A stretch of 43,238 nucleotides of DNA from Chthoniobacteraceae bacterium. GTDB taxonomy: Bacteria > Verrucomicrobiota > Verrucomicrobiia > Chthoniobacterales > Chthoniobacteraceae. Position numbers and translations under genes: made by a program. Numbering within the stretch: the stretch's first letter is position 1; each line of letters opens with the position of its first letter. The notes beneath the pieces were generated by a model that did not search any database, was not told where the DNA came from, and saw only the letters and a program-made list of their open reading frames with translations. The stretch lies in NCBI GenBank assembly GCA_037190965.1, contig JBBCKI010000069.1, forward strand, positions 1 through 43,238. Reading direction: 5' to 3'. This document shows positions 37,213-43,238 of the stretch, piece after piece.

Positions 37213-38292
37213 ATGATGCCAGACTTCACCGGCGGCGGTATCGACGCCCTCCCCAAGGAAACCCGCTCCATCGGCAACGTCGAGATCGACCAACAGATCA
37301 GCGACCTCATTCACGACTACGGCTGCAAAGCTTCCTGCGATCTCATCCAGGAGATGATCGTGACGGCCCTCAAGATCGGCCGAGACTCCCTCTCCGTGGC
37401 GGATCTCAAGCTCTTCAACCGTTCGCTCCGGGAGTTACGGTACGCCGCGAAGGTCTTTACGAAATACGTCGACCGCCCCAAGGTGGCCGTCTTCGGTTCC
37501 GCGAGGACCCCGCAGGATGCCCCGGAAGCGGTGGCGGCCCGGGAGTTCAGCAGGAAAATGCGCGAAGAAGGTTTCATGACCATCACCGGCGGCGGCGATG
37601 GCATTATGGGCGCGGCGCAGGGAGGCGCGGGTCGCGAAAACTCCTTCGGTCTCAACATCCGGTTGCCCTTCGAACAACGAGCCAACGAGATCATTGAAGG
37701 AGATCCCAAGCTCATCAACTTCAACTACTTCTTCACCCGGAAGCTCAATTTTGTGAAGGAAACTCATGCCGTCGCCCTTTTCCCAGGCGGGTTCGGCACG
37801 ATGGACGAAGGGTTCGAGGTCATTACTTTGCTCCAGACGGGCAAAGCGCGGATTTTCCCCATCGTCTTCGTCGACAAACCGGGCGGCACCTACTGGAAGA
37901 CGCTGCTGGAGTTTCTCACCAACCACATGCTCGCCCACGGCCTGGTAAGTCCCGACGATTTCCGCCTCTTCTACCTCGCCAACGACGTGAACGATGCGGT
38001 GGCCACTATCCGGCAGTTCTACAAAAACTTTGTCTCCTACCGCTGGGTGCGCAAGACGCTTGTGATCCGCCTCAAACACCCGCTCACCCCCGAGGCGCTG
38101 GCCAAGCTCAACCGCGACTACGCCCGGATGCTGGTCTCCGGCCGGATCGAAGCCTCGCCCGCCCTGCCCGAGGAGGCAAACCAGCCCGAAATCGCCCACC
38201 TGCCCAGGCTGGTGCTCAACCCGGACCGGCATAACTTCGGGTTGATTCGTGCCTTGATCGATGCGATTAACGAAGCACCCGTGCAGAAGTAA
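37213..38292 (+). CDS. LOG family (TIGR00730-like) nucleotide phosphoribohydrolase with N- and C-terminal extensions
   Basis: VAVFGSART, ITGGGDGIMGA, GLNIRLPFEQ, YFFTRK, FPGGFGTMDE. Confidence 0.9.
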   Translation: MMPDFTGGGIDALPKETRSIGNVEIDQQISDLIHDYGCKASCDLIQEMIVTALKIGRDSLSVADLKLFNRSLRELRYAAKVFTKYVDRPKVAVFGSARTPQDAPEAVAAREFSRKMREEGFMTITGGGDGIMGAAQGGAGRENSFGLNIRLPFEQRANEIIEGDPKLINFNYFFTRKLNFVKETHAVALFPGGFGTMDEGFEVITLLQTGKARIFPIVFVDKPGGTYWKTLLEFLTNHMLAHGLVSPDDFRLFYLANDVNDAVATIRQFYKNFVSYRWVRKTLVIRLKHPLTPEALAKLNRDYARMLVSGRIEASPALPEEANQPEIAHLPRLVLNPDRHNFGLIRALIDAINEAPVQK

Positions 38293-38412
38293 CGGGAAAA
38301 ATTGGAACCTTGTAAAACCTTAACACTTCATTTGCCCTCTGGCACCCCGATGTGACAGCGGGCACCGCCTGTGCGAGGTTTCTCCCATAGCTTCCACACG
38401 CCGCTTGCAGCC

Positions 38413-39678
38413 ATGCCCGTAACCCAAACCCGATCCGCCGCCAACCCAAGGGCCGCTTGTGTCCACGCGCTCCAAATCTGGGAGTCCGGCGGAAAATTTG
38501 CCGACGAAGTGCTTCATGATGCGCTCGCTTCGGGCCATTTCAATGCCTACGACCGGGCATTTCTCACGGAAACCTTCTACGGCGTCCTTCGGCACCGGAC
38601 CGCCCTCGATTTCCTGATCGGAAAACTGCGGGATTCCGCCCTGGACCCTGCCACCCGGCAGGTACTGCGGCTGGGGTTTTACCAGATTTTCCGGATGCGA
38701 ATTCCCTACCACGCCGCCGTAAACGAGACCGTCAACCTCGCGGGTCGCGCCCGGGGGCTCGTGAACGCGCTCCTGCGCCGGAGCATCCGCGAAAAGGAAG
38801 ATCTTCAAAGGCAATTGGAAGAAGCCGCTCCTTCCATCCGCTACTCACACCCCGAGTTTCTGATTAACCGCTGGGAGAAAAACCTGGAGCCGGGCGCCGC
38901 CCTCCGTCTCTGCGAGTGGAACAATACCCCGGCAGAAATCTTTGTCCGCGCCAACGGCCTTCGTGTCACCACGGAGGAATTGCAGCGCAGCCTCCCCGGC
39001 TCGGAGTTTACGGAAGCCCACCCGCTCATCCTAAAGGTGCGTCAGGTGCCGTTCCTCTGGATCGTCCGGGGGCTCTGCTACGTGCAGGACCCTAGCACCC
39101 TTATGGCCGTGGAGCTTCTCGACCCCAAGCCCGGCGAAACGGTGCTCGACGCCTGCGCCGCCCCGGGCGGCAAAACCAACTACATCGCCCAGTTGATGCA
39201 GAACGAGGGGAAAATCGCCGCCTGCGATTCCTCCCGCCCACGGCTGGAGCGTCTCCGCGAGAACCTGGGCCGCCTCGGAGTCGCCAACGCCGTCACCCAT
39301 CGGGTGGACTGGATGGCTCCCGGCGCCACATCCTCCTTCGAAAAAGAAAGCTTCGACCGCATTCTCGTGGATGCCCCGTGCTCGAACACTGGCGTCATCC
39401 GCCGCCGCGTCGATGTCCGTTGGCGGCTGACCCCCGATGATTTCGAGATCATGCCTGATCGGCAGCGCCGGATCATGGAAGCGGTCATCCCGCTCCTGAA
39501 GCCGGGAGGCACCCTGGTCTACAGCACCTGCTCGCTGGAACCGGAAGAAGACGAACTTCTCGCACAAGGCATCGCGCGCGATTTCCCAAAACTTGAACTG
39601 GTTACCATGAGCCGCCGCGAGCCGCATCGCGACCACATGGACGGCGCGTTTGCAGCCAAGTTCGTGAAGAGAATCTAG
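38413..39678 (+). CDS. rsmB: 16S rRNA m5C967 methyltransferase RsmB/Sun
   Basis: NusB-like N-terminus, YSHP, VQD, LDACAAPGGKT, DAPCSNTG, YSTCS. Confidence 0.92.
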   Translation: MPVTQTRSAANPRAACVHALQIWESGGKFADEVLHDALASGHFNAYDRAFLTETFYGVLRHRTALDFLIGKLRDSALDPATRQVLRLGFYQIFRMRIPYHAAVNETVNLAGRARGLVNALLRRSIREKEDLQRQLEEAAPSIRYSHPEFLINRWEKNLEPGAALRLCEWNNTPAEIFVRANGLRVTTEELQRSLPGSEFTEAHPLILKVRQVPFLWIVRGLCYVQDPSTLMAVELLDPKPGETVLDACAAPGGKTNYIAQLMQNEGKIAACDSSRPRLERLRENLGRLGVANAVTHRVDWMAPGATSSFEKESFDRILVDAPCSNTGVIRRRVDVRWRLTPDDFEIMPDRQRRIMEAVIPLLKPGGTLVYSTCSLEPEEDELLAQGIARDFPKLELVTMSRREPHRDHMDGAFAAKFVKRI

Positions 39679-39703
39679 GGAGTGTCATAACGACACGACC
39701 TAG
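39675..39703. mobile_element. CTAG-bounded inverted repeat resembling fused IS5-family/MITE ends (excision or deletion scar)
   Basis: CTAGGGAGTGTC-ataac-GACACGACCTAG; arms match 10/12. The left CTAG contains the rsmB stop. Confidence 0.4.
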
Positions 39704-39761
39704 GCCAAACTTTTCACCTGCGCCCTTGCCAAGCGCCCGGCTCTCGCTGCACATTCCGGCC

Positions 39762-40949
39762 ATGCAAGTGCCGTTGCTCGACCTAAAGGCCCAATACCAG
39801 ACTCTCCGGGAGCAAATCCGCGCCGAGGTGGACTCGATCATGGACTCCCAGCAGTTCATCCTCGGGCCCAAGGTGGAATCCCTGGAACGCGCGATTTGCG
39901 AAACCACCGGGGCCGGTCATGCCATCGGCGTCACTTCCGGCACCGACGCCCTTCTCATCATCCTCATGGCGCTCGGCATCGGCCCGGGCGACGCCGTGCT
40001 GACAACGCCGTTCACCTTTTTCGGAACCGCCGGGAGCATCGCCCGCACCGGGGCCGCGCCGGTCTTCATCGACATCGACGAGGCGACCTTCAACCTATCC
40101 CCGGACGCCCTTCGAGAGTACCTCGAAGAATGCCCGCTCAATGCCGAGGGCAAACCGCTGAGCCGCGACGGTAAGGTTATCCGCGCGATCATGCCGGTAC
40201 ATCTTTACGGTCTCTGCGCGGCGATGGACGAGATCATGGGAACGGCGGCGAAGTTCGGGCTTCCGGTGATCGAAGACGCCGCCCAGGCGCTCGGGTCGGT
40301 TTACCCCTCCAAGAGCGGCGCGACCCATCACGCGGGCACCGCCGGAGATTTCGGCACGTACAGCTTTTTTCCCTCCAAAAACCTCGGCGCGTTTGGAGAC
40401 GGCGGCATGGTCGTCTGCAAGGACGCCAAAGCGGCGGAAACGATCCGCGCGCTCCGCAACCACGGCGGGGAACGCCGCTACTTTCACCGGCTCATCGGCG
40501 GTAACTTCCGGCTCGACGCCCTGCAGGCCGCCATTCTCGAAATCAAACTGCCGTATCTGAATGCCTGGTCGGAGGCCCGCCGCCGGAACGCCGCGCTTTA
40601 CCGCGAAGGCTTCCGCGCCACGGGGCTGGATAACACGCTCACACTACCCACGGAGCCCTATGCCGCGAGCGGGCTGCCCAACCATCACATCTACAACCAG
40701 TTCATCATCCGCGCGCCCCGCCGGGATGAGCTTTGCCAGCGGCTGGAGGCCGAGAAGATCGGCCACGCGATCTACTATCCGCTGCCCCTGCACCTTCAGG
40801 AGTGCTTCGCGTACCTCGGCCACAAGGAGGGCGATTTCCCGAAAGCCGAACGCGCTGCCCGGGAAACCCTGGCCCTTCCGATTTTCCCCGAACTCACTGG
40901 CGACCAGATTCAACGCGTCATCGAAGTCATTCGCGGGTTTTACTGTTAA
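39762..40949 (+). CDS. DegT/DnrJ/EryC1/StrS aminotransferase (WbpE-like)
   Basis: VPLLDLKAQY, SGTDAL, PVHLYG, IEDAAQALG, SFFPSKNLGAFGDGG, NFRLDALQAAIL. Confidence 0.93.
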   Translation: MQVPLLDLKAQYQTLREQIRAEVDSIMDSQQFILGPKVESLERAICETTGAGHAIGVTSGTDALLIILMALGIGPGDAVLTTPFTFFGTAGSIARTGAAPVFIDIDEATFNLSPDALREYLEECPLNAEGKPLSRDGKVIRAIMPVHLYGLCAAMDEIMGTAAKFGLPVIEDAAQALGSVYPSKSGATHHAGTAGDFGTYSFFPSKNLGAFGDGGMVVCKDAKAAETIRALRNHGGERRYFHRLIGGNFRLDALQAAILEIKLPYLNAWSEARRRNAALYREGFRATGLDNTLTLPTEPYAASGLPNHHIYNQFIIRAPRRDELCQRLEAEKIGHAIYYPLPLHLQECFAYLGHKEGDFPKAERAARETLALPIFPELTGDQIQRVIEVIRGFYC

Positions 40950-40967
40950 TCACACGCACCAATTCCA

Positions 40968-41834
40968 ATGAACCTTGCCCCAGCCAAACCGTGGATCAAA
41001 TACGGCGGGAAACTGAGCGAATGCCCAGTTTGGGAGCCTGAAACGCAATCCCTCCTCTGGACGGACATTCTCCTGGGCCACCTCTACCGGCACAACTGGA
41101 GCAGCAACACCACGGAGCGGATCTATGAAGGCCCCGCCGTAGGCGGATTTACCCGGCAAACCGATGGCGGACTTCTCCTCTTTCGCGTCAACGATATCGC
41201 CATCTTTCACCCAGGCGACGCCTCCGCCCGAACGATTGCCCAATTTCAGCACGAAGGTTCCACCCGTTTCAACGACGTGATCGCCGCCCCCGGAGGACGC
41301 GCTTTCGCAGGCACGATCGGGAAAACGAGCGACTCCGGCGGCCTCTTCCGGATCGAACGCGACGGTCGTATCGAGCAGGTCGCCTTCGGCGCCGGGATCT
41401 CCAACGGCCTCGCCTTTTCACCCGCGCTCGACATTCTTTACTGGGTCTGCTCCACGCGCCGGCGAATTTTCGCGTTTCCGTATCACGTTGACACAGGAGC
41501 GCTCGGCGAGCCGACGCTCTTCTTTCAGGGCGACGAAACGGACGGCTATCCCGACGGACTGACTGCCGATTCGGAGGGCAACCTTTACTCGATTCGCTGG
41601 ACGGCGCAGGAATACGGCCTCATCGTCTTCAGCCCGGAGGGGAAAATTCTGCACAAACAGAAGCTCCCGCCCCGCGCCTCCTCCTCGATGTGCTTCTGCG
41701 GTCCCACGCTGACCGACGCCGCCATCACCTCCGCCGAAGACTCTTCCGACCCAGACAGGGAGGCCGATCTATACAAGATCGAAGGAATGCCGATCGCGGG
41801 ACGCGTGGAGTTTCAGACCTCGGTCGGGATATAG
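40968..41834 (+). CDS. SMP-30/gluconolactonase/LRE family protein
   Basis: LSECPVW, RFND, ISNGLAFSP, YPDGLTADSEG (metal ligands E/N/N/D). Confidence 0.9.
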   Translation: MNLAPAKPWIKYGGKLSECPVWEPETQSLLWTDILLGHLYRHNWSSNTTERIYEGPAVGGFTRQTDGGLLLFRVNDIAIFHPGDASARTIAQFQHEGSTRFNDVIAAPGGRAFAGTIGKTSDSGGLFRIERDGRIEQVAFGAGISNGLAFSPALDILYWVCSTRRRIFAFPYHVDTGALGEPTLFFQGDETDGYPDGLTADSEGNLYSIRWTAQEYGLIVFSPEGKILHKQKLPPRASSSMCFCGPTLTDAAITSAEDSSDPDREADLYKIEGMPIAGRVEFQTSVGI

Positions 41835-41837
41835 TCT

Positions 41838-41882
41838 CTTTGCTCGCGGCAACCCCATCCTCTCTTGCCGTCATCAGCAAAG
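41838..41882. terminator. Interrupted hairpin between convergent genes
   Basis: CTTTGCT...CGGCAA...TTGCCG...AGCAAAG nested inverted repeats. Confidence 0.35.
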
Positions 41883-42293
41883 TTAGGGGCAGCACCTAGC
41901 GATATGGTGCCAATTCTCCCGGATCGCTACAAAAATACCCACCACGTAGATCAGCCACAAAGCATTGTACCCAATCAAGCCTCTTCGAGTCCAAAGCGAC
42001 AGGCTGCTCCATGGACGGATGGCGAGGATGAATGCGGGCCAAAATTGCAGGCCGAAAACAGGGAAAACGATTCTTTGATCGACAAACGGTCCATTCCAGA
42101 CCTCGGAAAAAATAAAACCCAGGGACCCAATGGCGAGGACAATCTGCTCCAAAGTCGCGGGAATTCCCGTCTCATACCGAGGTTGGATTTCCCCTACAGG
42201 CGACTCGAAATGCAACAGAATCCACCAATTGAAAGCCATCACGACCACAAACACGGCCAATAGCCGTACCAAGGATCTTAACGGGCTATTCAT
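41883..42293 (-). CDS. Hypothetical membrane protein (about 4 TM)
   Basis: 136-aa ORF filling the gap downstream of pdxH, with four hydrophobic segments. No family recognised. Confidence 0.6.
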   Translation of the reverse strand: MNSPLRSLVRLLAVFVVVMAFNWWILLHFESPVGEIQPRYETGIPATLEQIVLAIGSLGFIFSEVWNGPFVDQRIVFPVFGLQFWPAFILAIRPWSSLSLWTRRGLIGYNALWLIYVVGIFVAIRENWHHIARCCP

Positions 42294-42336
42294 CGCACCT
42301 TCAACTTCTGTTGCGTTTCATTTCCCGCACTTCTGC

Positions 42337-42996
42337 CTACGGGGAAAGCCGATCAACGACCCACAGCCCCCCCGCTTCCCGGCGATACTCAAACCGGTCG
42401 TGAAGCCGATGCGCGCCGCCTTGCCAGAACTCGACGGTTTCCGGCTTCACGCGGAAGCCTCCCCAGAACGGCGGGAGCGGGACTTCGCCGCTGCCGAATC
42501 GCTCCTGCACGGCGCTCAGGCCCGTCTCCAGAACCTCCCTTGAAGCGATCGGGCGACTTTGCGCGGAAGCCCAGGCGGCGAGACGACTCTCGCGCGGACG
42601 GGTGGCAAAATAGGCTTCCGCTTCCGCCGTGGTAACACGCTCCACGGCCCCTCGCACGATGACCTGCCGTTCCAGCGCAAGCCATGGAAACAGGAGCGAC
42701 GCGGCGGGGTTCTCCCCCAATTGCCGCGCCTTGCGGCTCTCCAGATTGGTGAAAAAGACGAAACCACGCTCATCGAGTCCCTTGAGCAGGACGGTGCGCA
42801 GCAAAGGCCGCCCCTCCGCCGAGGCCGTTGCGAGGCTCATCGCGGTCGGCTCGACCACCCCGGCACGGATCGCCTCCTGCAACCACTGGTTGAACTGTTC
42901 AATCGGGTCAGCCTTCAAATCGGCGCGCCGCAGGCGTTCGCGGCGGTAGTCGGTCCTGATATCGGCAAGTTTCACGGGGTCGGTCGAAGCGTCCAT
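42337..42996 (-). CDS. pdxH: Pyridoxine/pyridoxamine 5'-phosphate oxidase
   Basis: LADIRTDY, EPTAMSLATA, RTVLLK, FFTNLESRK, YFATRPRES, ASAQS, EFWQGGAHRLHDR. Start at MDAS (42996). Confidence 0.95.
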   Translation of the reverse strand: MDASTDPVKLADIRTDYRRERLRRADLKADPIEQFNQWLQEAIRAGVVEPTAMSLATASAEGRPLLRTVLLKGLDERGFVFFTNLESRKARQLGENPAASLLFPWLALERQVIVRGAVERVTTAEAEAYFATRPRESRLAAWASAQSRPIASREVLETGLSAVQERFGSGEVPLPPFWGGFRVKPETVEFWQGGAHRLHDRFEYRREAGGLWVVDRLSP

Positions 42997-43089
42997 AAAG
43001 GCTGTAAAACAGGCATTATCCCGAAAACCAATGTTGGAGCGAGCGGAATTGTGCGCCTCAGCGGAGCGGTGAATCACACGAAAATGCAT

Positions 43090-43238
43090 GTGCGGCAGCA
43101 CAGGTAGACCGCTCGCGCCGTCGAGCGCGGGTATCGACTTCTTGGCTTCATGAGAGCCACATCCCAATCCCAGCAGCCCGTCCTGTCCGTCCTGCGGGAA
43201 TGGACGTCGAACGCGACTCTTCATCGATCCCGCGCTCG
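43090..43238 (-). mobile_element. GTAG-type REP doublet (REPIN/MITE-like), copy 2, truncated by the window end
   Basis: Its reverse complement aligns over its length with 36948-37088. Contains GGTAGACCGCTCGCGCCGTCGAGCGCGGG at 43103. Confidence 0.8.

Noticed and set aside
37014..37697. 227-aa ORF sharing SIPALDGAS.LPVLPH with the pdxH ORF extension
   Set aside because: The shared peptide is just translation of the REPIN repeat; the rest overlaps the LOG gene out of frame.
42997..43224. 76-aa N-terminal extension of pdxH
   Set aside because: Reads through the repeat element; PdxH homology starts near 42996.

Overview
GC-rich bacterial window, probably Verrucomicrobiota-like (inferred from gene families and SD-poor leaders). 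Left: a cusB-cusA Cu(I)/Ag(I) RND efflux pair, convergent with an orphan sulfate-binding protein gene. Centre (~6.2-33.4 kb): a Wzy-dependent exopolysaccharide locus. Its + strand carries a PglF/CapD-like dehydratase and a secreted tandem PL1-like lyase whose second domain looks catalytically dead. Its - strand is a 15-gene operon: OM beta-barrel, short OPX/Wza, Wzc, Wzy-like polymerase, GT2, CBM+glycoside hydrolase-like protein, MurJ-like flippase, four GT4s, two tandem AsnB-type amidotransferases, FemAB/GNAT acyltransferase, AT-rich SAM methyltransferase and DegT aminotransferase. No priming phosphoglycosyl transferase is visible. Upstream is an HlyD + ABC ATPase pair with no permease. Right: housekeeping genes (yhbY, aroF, LOG-family, rsmB, a second DegT, SMP-30 lactonase, a small membrane protein, pdxH). 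Non-coding signals: two ~150 bp GTAG-type REPIN/MITE copies, a REP-like palindrome at the window start, a CTAG-bounded IS-like scar, operator-like inverted repeats and candidate sigma54 sites. No rRNA, tRNA, CRISPR or transposase recognised. All calls are by eye; no searches were run.
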